DNA from: Nitrospirota bacterium
GTDB taxonomy: Bacteria > Nitrospirota > UBA9217
DNA length: 64,000 nucleotides
Direction of reading: 5' to 3'
Assembly (NCBI GenBank): GCA_963737155.1
Contig: CAVTRN010000002.1
Span: 1,728,001 to 1,792,000, forward strand
The notes under the pieces are model-generated. The model was not told where the DNA came from. It ran no database searches and saw only the letters and a program-made list of their open reading frames with translations. Below, piece after piece: positions 41,031-50,008 of this stretch. Each line of letters starts with the position of its first letter. The stretch's first letter is position 1. Made by a program: the position numbers and the translations under genes.

Positions 41031-41777
41031 CGCACCGCCAGTTCCCAGGTCGTCGGAATACCCGGCCTTCAGGCGAGACCACTGGGCGATGGGACGTCCA
41101 TCAGTACGATAATTGTGCTCGCCTTCCGGCCGTTGCGGCCATCCAGTCGGCGAGTCCTCCCACCTCTCCTGCCGCCCGTAGACGGTCAAGTCGAGCAACC
41201 GATAGCTGTTATCCATCGCCTCGACGCCGCGCCCATTCGTCCAGTAAGTCTCATAGACATTGGATCTTTGCCGCAGGTAACAAACGAGGTGAAACATGCC
41301 CACCCGGCGTCCAACCAACAGAGTATCGAGCGAGTCCCGGACCGAGTACCAAGGCATCTCCCAGCCCATGAAGTTGCGGTACAAGACGCTCTCTTCGTAA
41401 GGGCCCTGGCAAAAGGTTGTGTAGGTGACGTCGCGAGAATGAATATAGGACAGCTCGCGGACCTGCGATGTATAGAAGGTGCACCCCTCGCACTGCTCCG
41501 CCGCAGGTTGGCCGGTGTGCCACATGAAGTAGTAGGCAATGAGCATCCGGCGTCCCTCAAACACATCCAACAGTGTTACCGCTCCATGTTCGCCAATGAG
41601 CGGTGTCGCACCATCAACCTCGACCATGGGGAGCCGTCTGCGGACAGCTGCAATGGCATCGCCTTCTCTTGTGTGAGCCTTTTCTCGAACCCGCAATGCG
41701 TCTAGATCCGCTTGAAAGGTTTTCCGATCGACTACCTTAGGGACTCCTGATCTCTGAAGCTTGTCTTGCGAACTCAT
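40995..41777 (-). CDS. DUF899 family thioredoxin-like protein
   Basis: LRVREKAHTREGDAIAAVRRRLPMV, FEGRRMLIAYYFMW, CEGC, LLDLTVYGRQERWEDSP. Confidence 0.9.
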   Translation of the reverse strand: MSSQDKLQRSGVPKVVDRKTFQADLDALRVREKAHTREGDAIAAVRRRLPMVEVDGATPLIGEHGAVTLLDVFEGRRMLIAYYFMWHTGQPAAEQCEGCTFYTSQVRELSYIHSRDVTYTTFCQGPYEESVLYRNFMGWEMPWYSVRDSLDTLLVGRRVGMFHLVCYLRQRSNVYETYWTNGRGVEAMDNSYRLLDLTVYGRQERWEDSPTGWPQRPEGEHNYRTDGRPIAQWSRLKAGYSDDLGTGGAPLDRPLRQGSD

Positions 41778-42296
41778 GACTGCTCCTCCTCTTTAAGATT
41801 GTGTCGTTCTGCCCCATCGAAGAAGAATTGCAACCTGGCTTATAACTTTACTAATTCTCCACAAGATATTGATTTAGAAAAGGAAAAGGTTGTCGATGCG
41901 ATATACTAAAAGTGAATGCTTTAGATAAGTATGATGAGAGATTGCACAATTGTCAAGTGGACAACGGTGCGACGACATATACCGATAGTTTTAGTTGCGG
42001 ATACAATTTTAAAGTGAATTATGCATTATGGACTTAGATACGACTGATACAGAGTTCAGCTTGTATCCGATGATTGTTTCCATTTTTTGAAATAAAAGGA
42101 TTGATGTGAATTTTGATCATAGAGCGGGTTAAGATGTCCTCAACTGTCAATGTTGGGATATTTCATCTATAACAAAGGTGTACTGAAACTGATAAAGTTC
42201 GGAGTTTTCTCGAGCTTATTCATTGTACTCCACGGTGGAGTATTTTAGGCCGTATAACATAGCAAAAAGAAAAGCAAATCCAAATTACCATGCAAA

Positions 42297-42381
42297 TCGT
42301 AATCAGCCGATCTGAGGCTAAACTTCTCTAGTAAGCTATATTTTTTCTGATAGTTGCAAACATTTCCGAGAATTTACTTTA
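42297..42381 (+). repeat. Decayed copy of the tRNA-Thr 3' half plus its downstream flank
   Basis: Ungapped manual alignment to 13300-13384: 64 of 85 positions identical. Confidence 0.8.
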
Positions 42382-42506
42382 TACAAAACTTAACACCAAC
42401 CATGTACCTGTAAAACCTCTTTATGCGGTCATCAGTTGGCTAGTAAGTTCTTGAAGAACATGGCTCTTTTGCTTCGCTGCATTTAACATCATTGGTTGAA
42501 AATTTG

Positions 42507-42515
42507 TGGTATACT
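42507..42515 (+). promoter_or_regulatory. Extended -10 promoter candidate for the ncRNA
   Basis: TG-G-TATACT ending 5 nt before the first base of the closing stem. Confidence 0.55.
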
Positions 42516-42520
42516 TATAT

Positions 42521-42815
42521 CGGCGTTGCGAAACTGACGAAGCATTAACCGTATTTTTAACATTAGTTGAGGGTCTGAGGTATCAATCCGGCGTGATCCG
42601 AAATCGACAAACAGCAGTACATGCTCGCTGTGAACTGTCGGTTATCAGGTCAACGAGGTATGGATATCGGAAATCCCCTGAGGCCGAAGGAGAATTTGGC
42701 GAAGGAAACGAACCGCTTCAGCAGTAGCGAGAGCGAATCACGGAAGCGATCGTGGATCTTGCTAAATATCCCGAGGTTCAACGGAATGATTAAGATACGG
42801 GTCAGAGCAACGCCG
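42521..42815 (+). ncRNA. Unidentified ~295-nt structured RNA candidate
   Basis: Ends pair (CGGCGTTGC/GCAACGCCG), at least nine further nested helices, upstream promoter, downstream terminator, no credible ORF. Confidence 0.7.
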
Positions 42816-42840
42816 TAATATTATATTGTTAAAAACAAAT

Positions 42841-42873
42841 GCCGGCAGGGTTGTTCTCCCTGCTGGTTTTTTT
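42841..42873 (+). terminator. Rho-independent terminator
   Basis: GCCGGCAGGG-TTGTTCT-CCCTGCTGGT followed by a T run. Confidence 0.85.
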
Positions 42874-43330
42874 CGTACTCTTGTCAGAGAGAACCTTTCT
42901 TGGCCGAAATGAAAGATTCTCTGTCATACTTTGAAGCTATGCCACAGGTACCGCAGATAATATTTCTCCCGCCTTACGAGTATGATAACTCTTGAGCGGG
43001 AATCACCAAAGATACCATATGCAGTCTTCTTTAATCTAAATTTGGGAAGTGATATAAAACTGATAGAATTTGTCTTTTTCGCATGACCGACTTATACTCC
43101 TTTTTAACACGTTTTATGTCTCGATCACCGGGCAGCAACTATGATCAATCGGTCAGATAATATTTGTATTTTGTTACTGTTCACCCCAATATGTTTGACC
43201 TTCTTGTTCAAGAACTTAAAGGTCCGCCGCGTCGAATAATTGACGTTGGAACTTCCTAGCATCAAATGCATTTCTAGTGGTTCTATGTGGTGGATTTTAG
43301 GAATACTGATCAGAAATATGGGAGGCTGCC

Positions 43331-43770
43331 ATGAGACAAAAAAGCGCACTTGCAGTTATTACGACAACAGTTCTGCTGGCAGTTTCGCTATTCACATATT
43401 TGACGGGATGTGGGAGGGGTGGTGGCGATGACTCCGGTTTAAAAGCAACCCCCACGTATGCCGTTATTTATGATGGTAATGGCAATACCGGCGGCAGCGT
43501 TCCAATTGACTCAAACATTTACAACCAGGGGCAGACTGTCACGGTGTTAGGGAATACAGGCAACCTTGTAAATACCGGCTATTCCTTCGTGGGCTGGAAC
43601 ACGCAAGCTAACGGATTAGGAACGACTTATACGCAGGGTCAAACCTTAACGATATATACCACAAATATCACCCTGTATGCTATGTGGACCATATAATACC
43701 ACTATGCTGTAACCTAATACCAGCAACAGCAGTACCAGCGTCAGCATCCCGCTTGACTTAACCAACGATG
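43331..43770 (+). pseudogene. Truncated lipoprotein with InlB B-repeat (Listeria/Bacteroides repeat)
   Basis: Lipobox LTGC; YAVIYDGNGNTGGSVP.D..TGYSFVGWNTQANG.GTTY..TLYAMW; a decayed second repeat follows the stop at 43696. Confidence 0.75.
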
Positions 43771-44266
43771 AAGAGGGGCAGATCGACACCGTGCAAGGCA
43801 ACACAGACGACCTCTGTGCTGCTCGTTAAAGCTTCCTCGAAATGCAGGCTAACCAGGCAGAACGAGGGCTTCGAAAAGCTTTACGAATAATACTATGAGC
43901 AAGGATAGGTGTTCGCTATCTTCCTCACTGACGATTTTACTGGTCAGGAGCCAGGTGCGATTCTCCGCATATGGAAAAATACACAGAGCTAGATTAATAT
44001 CTTCGCCTATGTACTCGTTGTCATTGTAAGAAAACGGTTTAAGGTCAATCGCAGTCTCCATGCAATTTTACAAATTCTCAGCGTAAAATAATTTTGAGAA
44101 AACAGAGATTTAAAGACGAGGGACAATCCATTAACTATCCGTAGTATTTTTGTCTTGACAAAGAGGAGCATCTTACGGCTTAATAATCTCAAGCATTTTT
44201 CTCTATGTGTTTATAAAACAGAGCCATCTGACAGGACAGAAACTTTTAATTTCGAGGGGAAACGCC

Positions 44267-45295
44267 ATGAAGCTCAAAGATCTTGCCGGCAAACTCAATG
44301 CCGAGTTGGAGGGTCCGGGAGAAATCGAGATAATCGGTGTGGCCGGCATAAACGACGCGTGTGTAGGGCTTATCACTTTCATTGACGGGGAAAATAATAT
44401 CAAGCAACTGGAACAGTCGGGTGCATCGGCTGCATTCGCGCCTCCAGATATTCCGAAACTGCGGCTGCCGCTGCTTCGAGTGAAAAATCCGCGGCTTGCT
44501 TTTGCGCAGGCAATCGAATTGTTTCATGTAAAGCCCTCCCAACCGATCGGCATAAGCGACAAGGCAATCATTGGGCAGAACTCGGTTATCGGTGTCGAAC
44601 CTTCTATTCATCCTTTTGCCGTTATTGGTGATAATGTAACGATTGGAGATAGGGTGACCCTCTATCCCGGCGTGTACATTGGCAAAGGATCGGTCGTCGA
44701 TAATGACTGCGTTGTCTACCCCAATGTGTACATCGGGCACGATGTACAGGTAGGCAAACGCGTAACCATCCACGCAGGAGCGGCAATCGGCAGCGACGGG
44801 TTCGGGTACGCGACGGAAGGCGGAATACATCACAAGATTCCGCAGGTGGGCAGAGTAATCATCGGTGACGATGTGGAGATTGGCGCCAACACTGCCATCG
44901 ATCGCGCAACCCTTGGCACGACTGTTATTAAACAAGGAACGAAAATCGACAACCTCGTTCAAATCGCACATAATGTGACCATCGGAGAGCACTGCCTTCT
45001 GATCGCTCAAGTGGGAATTTCCGGGAGCTGCACGCTTGGTGATTTTGTCGTTCTGGCAGGTCAGGTCGGCCTTGCAGACCATGTCAGTATAGGTGACCGC
45101 ACGATGGTATCAGCCCAGAGCGGCATCGTGAAAGACATCGAGCCAGGACAGATGATCGGCGGGTATTACTCCATGCCGCAAAAAGATTGGCTCAAGGTTC
45201 AGGCAATTCTTCCGAAATTGCCTGAACTTAGAAAGCATATCGCACATCTTGAAAAACAGGTACAGGAATTGAAGCAAAAAATATCGGGCGGGTAA
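44267..45295 (+). CDS. lpxD: UDP-3-O-acylglucosamine N-acyltransferase
   Basis: NPRLAFA, hexapeptide repeats, [36 protein letters not shown]. Confidence 0.95.
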   Translation: MKLKDLAGKLNAELEGPGEIEIIGVAGINDACVGLITFIDGENNIKQLEQSGASAAFAPPDIPKLRLPLLRVKNPRLAFAQAIELFHVKPSQPIGISDKAIIGQNSVIGVEPSIHPFAVIGDNVTIGDRVTLYPGVYIGKGSVVDNDCVVYPNVYIGHDVQVGKRVTIHAGAAIGSDGFGYATEGGIHHKIPQVGRVIIGDDVEIGANTAIDRATLGTTVIKQGTKIDNLVQIAHNVTIGEHCLLIAQVGISGSCTLGDFVVLAGQVGLADHVSIGDRTMVSAQSGIVKDIEPGQMIGGYYSMPQKDWLKVQAILPKLPELRKHIAHLEKQVQELKQKISGG

Positions 45296-45441
45296 CAAAA
45301 TTATTTAGAAAATCCCACCGAGACAAGCAGGAAACGGGGAAGTTGCACGTAAAGTTAAAGTGAAAATGAGGTTTAACAAGTCAAATAGAGATGGCGATGC
45401 CGTACAAAAATATATTTAGACTTATCAACATTTATAAAACA

Positions 45442-45579
45442 GTCCTGAAATACCCAGCAGCTTGCTGCTGGGATGAAAAGGACATCCTGGCGAAGCCAGG
45501 ATAAGTCTTCAGCTTCTTTGTTGTGCTTTTTTAAGGTTTCAAGTTCCGATGCCCCGCAGCTTGCTGCGGGGTAATTCAC
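45442..45579 (+). mobile_element. Non-autonomous IS200/IS605-derived palindromic element (PATE-like)
   Basis: Hairpins CCCAGCAG-CTTG-CTGCTGGG, ATCCTGGC-GAA-GCCAGGAT and GCCCCGCAG-CTTG-CTGCGGGGT ending in AATTCAC; no ORF. Confidence 0.7.
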
Positions 45580-46457
45580 TGTGCCAAGTCAGCGAGCTAG
45601 ATTATTTAGGCGTGCAGATCAGTTCGCCGTATTTGTTGACGGACGCCTGATAGATAAACTTCTCGTTCTTGTAGCACATACCCCTCGTGAAGCGGCTATA
45701 TTGTCACCGATATGGTACACAATAAATCTGGGTAAAAAAACTGCGTGGACAGAAAACGCCTGTTTGCCTATACATCAGGATTACTTGGCCAAGTGCTGCT
45801 TTTTCGTCATGGATACCTGGTGAAAGAAAACCGAGTATTACTAAATCAACTAAGAGACCGCTTCTGGTTTACCATTGGGGAGCGAAAGATCATCTAGAGA
45901 TTGGAAAAGCTTGACGAAAAAGACATAAGATAGGATCGCCAACATCATCCAGACCGATGATTTTTTAAGCGTGGCACCACAGGTCGATTACCCGCAAGTC
46001 TGTCGGTTCCAAAGAGTCTGCGATCTTTGCAGACTGTCAATATGTCCGAGGCTAAAAGGGTCACCAATGCTAAGGTGAAATTCAGCATCGCCGTTTTGCA
46101 TCCCATTTTCATACTGATACACCCGGGGAAGGTACGGGGGTTCCACGTTCCGCGTATATGATCCTCAAATGACGTGGGTGTGACAAGCCCTTAACCGGAG
46201 AGGAATTCAAGAAAGGTCGGCCTGTCACCATTTCTACCTAATTAATTTGGAATTACAGTCCGGGACTGTCCAGAAATGGTGCCCGAATTAAAATGTAATC
46301 GCTGTCCGCCGATCAGAATTTGCAAAGTTACTGTTGCATAATCTACAGTTTGTCAGTTCAAATCTGACTATTGGCACCGCTCAAATTCTGGCAATCTGCT
46401 GTTTACCGCTTTGGGAATTCTGCGAACAAAAACAAATGGTAACAAAAAAAATATAGG

Positions 46458-46486
46458 TTGACAGTACCAATAATTCTATTTAATAT
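46458..46486 (+). promoter_or_regulatory. Sigma70-type promoter
   Basis: TTGACA-N17-TAATAT upstream of ATG 46521. Confidence 0.6.
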
Positions 46487-46520
46487 GGCAGTTATATGAC
46501 ATTTTGAGCAAGAGGCACTG

Positions 46521-47057
46521 ATGAATCTTCCCAACTATATTACGTTACTCAGGATCGTACTCATTCCATTCTTTATCAACTTAATGATTTATGGATATGA
46601 CCGGGAAGCTCTCATAGTTTTTGTTGCAGCGTGCATCACCGATGCGCTTGATGGTCTTATTGCTCGCTTGACCAACACGCAGACAAAACTAGGAGCATTC
46701 CTTGATCCCATGGCGGACAAACTGCTTATTATCTCGGCATTCGTTACTCTCGTTCTCTTGGAAATGCTCCCTGTCTGGCTGGTAATAATCGTCGTGAGCA
46801 GAGACGTTATCCTGGTACTCGGCAGCATCGCCCTCTATTTCACAGGGCATGATTTTGTCGCGAAGCCTACTCTTATCGGGAAGACGACGACTCTGCTGCA
46901 ACTCGTAACGGTGACGCTTTCCCTGGTATTGAGAAATTACGGCACCGAGATGAGGTTGATGACCATTTTGCAATGGGGGACGGCAGGTTTTACGCTGGCA
47001 TCCGGCGTCCAGTATGTTGTTCGGGGCACAACGATTGCAGGACAGAATATTGAATGA
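46521..47057 (+). CDS. pgsA: CDP-alcohol phosphatidyltransferase (PgsA-like)
   Basis: NLPNYITLLRI, TDALDGLIAR, LGAFLDPMADK. Confidence 0.88.
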   Translation: MNLPNYITLLRIVLIPFFINLMIYGYDREALIVFVAACITDALDGLIARLTNTQTKLGAFLDPMADKLLIISAFVTLVLLEMLPVWLVIIVVSRDVILVLGSIALYFTGHDFVAKPTLIGKTTTLLQLVTVTLSLVLRNYGTEMRLMTILQWGTAGFTLASGVQYVVRGTTIAGQNIE

Positions 47058-47335
47058 AATAAGGTGCTGTCAAATATTTTCATGAAAGCCAGAAAGGAAG
47101 GTATGAAATCACGCTCGGCGCAGAAGAATGCCGGTATATGCAATGCCTGATTTTTCAATATGATGCTCTGTGCTCCCGAAGTTGACCCATCATGAGAAGG
47201 ATTATAAACGTTGGTAATAAGGGAAGCATAGTGGGGAGAAATGCCAGTGACTGATTCGCCCACTGAATTCAGGATGTTTTCTGTTTTATATGCTTAACAG
47301 TCTGACGATACGTGACATATTAGAAGGAGAAGTGC

Positions 47336-47770
47336 ATGAAAATATCAGAGATGATCAGGCAGGCGCTGGAAAAGAAGGGATTTAGAAACCTAAAAGATGC
47401 CTCGAAAGTTCTTGGGATCAGCCCCGAACTCTTGCGGGTCACGATCAATAAAGGGCATATTCCAAAAGATAAGACGCTTATGATGATTGCGCAGAAGCTG
47501 AACCTTGATAAATCCGTCGTAATACTGTCCGCACACCAAGAAAAAGTGCCGGCTGAAGTCAAAGGTTATTTTCTTTCCCCGTCCCAGGCCAGGTTCAGGC
47601 GCGGTAAACGCAAATACCCGCTATCGGAAGAGCAGATCAATTATCTGGAAAAAATACTGAGTGTTGATGAGATCATGATGGTGAGAAAATTACGGCAGGT
47701 CTCCGATGACGGGAGAACACAGATAGAAGGATATGTTGACTTCATGTTCGCGTCCAAGAGGAGCGCCTGA
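47336..47770 (+). CDS. Putative HTH DNA-binding protein
   Basis: LKDASKVLGISPELLR HTH-like segment; AAGGAG RBS; abuts the next gene. Confidence 0.7.
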   Translation: MKISEMIRQALEKKGFRNLKDASKVLGISPELLRVTINKGHIPKDKTLMMIAQKLNLDKSVVILSAHQEKVPAEVKGYFLSPSQARFRRGKRKYPLSEEQINYLEKILSVDEIMMVRKLRQVSDDGRTQIEGYVDFMFASKRSA

Positions 47771-49069
47771 GTGCTCAAAATAGCAGCCGCCGCGCCGGGA
47801 GGTACCGCAGCCGCGCTGGGCCTCAGAAGTGGAGATCGCATCCTGACAGTGAACGGGAAAGATGTTCACGATGTCATTGACTACCAATTCCTGATAGCTG
47901 ATCCCGATGTTATTATCACGGTGCGCACCCGCGAGGGGAAAAAGCGGACCCTTTCGTTTGCGAAAGAGCCAGATGATACGCTCGGTATTGAATTCGCCCC
48001 GCTGCAGATCAGGAAATGCGGGAACAAGTGCATTTTCTGCTTTGTTGATCAGATGCCGACGGGCTGCCGAAAAAGCCTATATGTGAAGGATGACGATTTC
48101 CGGGCATCCTTTCTCTATGGAAATTATATAACGCTCGGATCTCTTACCGAGTCGGACTGGCAGCGCATTTTCACCGAGCGGCTTTCCCCACTCTATATTT
48201 CGGTCCACGCGACCGAACCCTCTCTGCGCGCTTTTATTCTGGGCAATAACAAAGCTCCTGATCTGATGGCCAACCTGAAGCGGCTGGCGGCTGGCGGTAT
48301 CAGAATGCATGCTCAAATCGTATTATGTCCGGAAATCAACGACGGTATTCATCTGCAGAAAACATTGATGGATTTGTCCGGCCTTTTTCCTGCTGTCATA
48401 TCTGTTGCAGTCGTCCCGGTCGGTCTCACCGAGTACCGTAAAGGCCGGTTTCCTTTGCGGGTATTTACGCGACGAGAAGCACGGGCCTTAATAGCGGAAG
48501 TAACCCGCTTTGGTGTCCGATTCAGAAAAGAGAAAGGGACGCGTTTTGTTTTTGCTTCCGATGAATTCTATATTAAATCGGGATTGCCTATTCCGCCGCC
48601 TTCTTTCTATGAGGATTTTCCCCAAATAGAAAACGGAGTTGGAATGGTTTCTGAATTTCTGCACGGCGTGGCCCGTGCCCGACTGCCTAAGAAGATAGCG
48701 CGACTCCGCATCACTATCGTTACCGGCGTTTCGTTCAGTAAGTTGCTGCAACGCGCGTTGTCCCGCCTGATGAACATAGAGGGGCTGACATTCAGACAGA
48801 TCATCGCTCGGAATCATTTTTTCGGACCTTCGGTTACCGTTGCGGGCCTCTTGACGGGAAGCGACATCGCGAAAGCGCTTGCCGGGAAACATTTGGGGGA
48901 TATGGTTATCATTCCAGCTGAAGCGCTCAAAGCAGAAGAGCAAATTTTTCTCGACGGGATGAGCCTTGCCCGACTCGCCAATGTTCTCGGCGTCAAAATA
49001 TATCCCGCCGCCGGTTTCAGGGATATTGTGGCGCTGCTGAAAAAGGAAGGGAGGTCGACACAACGATGA
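47771..49069 (+). CDS. PDZ / radical-SAM-like DUF512 protein
   Basis: N-terminal PDZ, CGNKCIFCFVDQMP, KDDDFRASFLYGNY, SDEFY, QIENGVG, VAGLLTG. Confidence 0.9.
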   Translation: MLKIAAAAPGGTAAALGLRSGDRILTVNGKDVHDVIDYQFLIADPDVIITVRTREGKKRTLSFAKEPDDTLGIEFAPLQIRKCGNKCIFCFVDQMPTGCRKSLYVKDDDFRASFLYGNYITLGSLTESDWQRIFTERLSPLYISVHATEPSLRAFILGNNKAPDLMANLKRLAAGGIRMHAQIVLCPEINDGIHLQKTLMDLSGLFPAVISVAVVPVGLTEYRKGRFPLRVFTRREARALIAEVTRFGVRFRKEKGTRFVFASDEFYIKSGLPIPPPSFYEDFPQIENGVGMVSEFLHGVARARLPKKIARLRITIVTGVSFSKLLQRALSRLMNIEGLTFRQIIARNHFFGPSVTVAGLLTGSDIAKALAGKHLGDMVIIPAEALKAEEQIFLDGMSLARLANVLGVKIYPAAGFRDIVALLKKEGRSTQR

Positions 49070-49920
49070 TTTCCGGTAAGACTAGACTCTATGGAATTTT
49101 CGGTTATCCGGTGGAGCATACGTTCTCACCTGCCATGCACAATGCAGCATTTAGGAAGCTGGACATGAATGCATGCTATGTCCCCTTTGCCGTCAAACCG
49201 GAGCAACTCGCTGAGGCCGTACGCGCGATCATCCCCTTGGGGATTTGCGGATTAAACGTTACAGTGCCGCACAAAGAAAAGGTCATTGATCACCTGAATG
49301 AACTTTCGCAGGAAGCGCAATTGATCGGCGCGGTCAATACGATAGAGGTTACGAAGGGGAAGCTTGTCGGTCACAATACTGATGGGAGAGGATTTATCCG
49401 GTCGCTCCGGGAGCATGCCCGGTTTGATCCGAAGGGAAAAACCGTTTTCCTGGCAGGTTCGGGAGGAGCAGCCAGAGCGATAAGTTTCAGTCTCGCTCTG
49501 GCCGGCGTGCGGCGGATCGCATTCTTCGACGTCGACGGGCATAAGGCGGAAGCGCTTGCGCGTGACTTGAGGGATAAAACAGGTGTGGAAGCAGAGGCGT
49601 TGACGGCGGGCGCGCTCGCTCGAGTCGCGGAGACATCGGAATGTCTCATTAACGCAACGCCGCTGGGACTAAAGAAAATGGATCCTTTGCCGATAAGACA
49701 GGAGTACATCCGTAAGGACCATCTCGTGTGTGATCTTGTCTACAATCCTGCGGATACTCCGCTGCTGATCGCGGCGAAAAAAAAAGGAGCAAAAAGACTA
49801 CCCGGCATCGGCATGCTGCTTTACCAAGGAGTCATTGCCTTTGAAATCTGGACAGGTGTAAAAGCGCCCGTCCTGGTCATGAAGAATGCGCTTTCACGGC
49901 AGATCACCGAGCGCCGCTGA
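49066..49920 (+). CDS. aroE: Shikimate dehydrogenase
   Basis: SPAMHN, GLNVTVPHKE, GAVNT, NTDGRGF, GSGGAARA, DLVYNP. Confidence 0.94.
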   Translation: MISGKTRLYGIFGYPVEHTFSPAMHNAAFRKLDMNACYVPFAVKPEQLAEAVRAIIPLGICGLNVTVPHKEKVIDHLNELSQEAQLIGAVNTIEVTKGKLVGHNTDGRGFIRSLREHARFDPKGKTVFLAGSGGAARAISFSLALAGVRRIAFFDVDGHKAEALARDLRDKTGVEAEALTAGALARVAETSECLINATPLGLKKMDPLPIRQEYIRKDHLVCDLVYNPADTPLLIAAKKKGAKRLPGIGMLLYQGVIAFEIWTGVKAPVLVMKNALSRQITERR

Positions 49921-49944
49921 TATCTGACAAGGCGCAGTCACGTC

Positions 49945-49973
49945 TTGACATGATGGACGTATTCCAGTAATAT
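49945..49973 (+). promoter_or_regulatory. Sigma70-type promoter of the pil operon
   Basis: TTGACA-N17-TAATAT upstream of pilB. Confidence 0.6.
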
Positions 49974-50008
49974 TATAGGTGATTTCTTTTTATATTTAAG
50001 GAGTTCAT

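Larger units (their letters stand above)
13300..42381. mobile_element. Compound, decayed genomic island region at tRNA-Thr (no integrase found)
   Basis: Repeated tRNA 3'-end copies at 14439, 14537, 20807, 42297; cargo of TA pairs, IS elements and pseudogenes; housekeeping genes resume at about 44.3 kb. Confidence 0.7.

Noticed and set aside
42529-42545. Hammerhead ribozyme core (GAAA, CTGACGA)
   Set aside because: Motif order and stems II/III do not fit; CTGAC instead pairs with 42801-42805
42521-42815. Retron msr-msd or group II intron
   Set aside because: No reverse transcriptase nearby, no GTGCG 5' end and no domain V hairpin seen
42506-42818. Short ORFs (73 and 65 aa) over the ncRNA candidate
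   Set aside because: No RBS or protein motif; extensive nested base pairing explains the region better
45373-45579. 68-aa ORF MNYPAASCG
   Set aside because: Spurious translation of the palindromic element end
45580-46450. Riboswitch or gene in the long intergenic stretch
   Set aside because: One hairpin (about 46014-46034) and broken minus-strand frames only; no recognisable consensus
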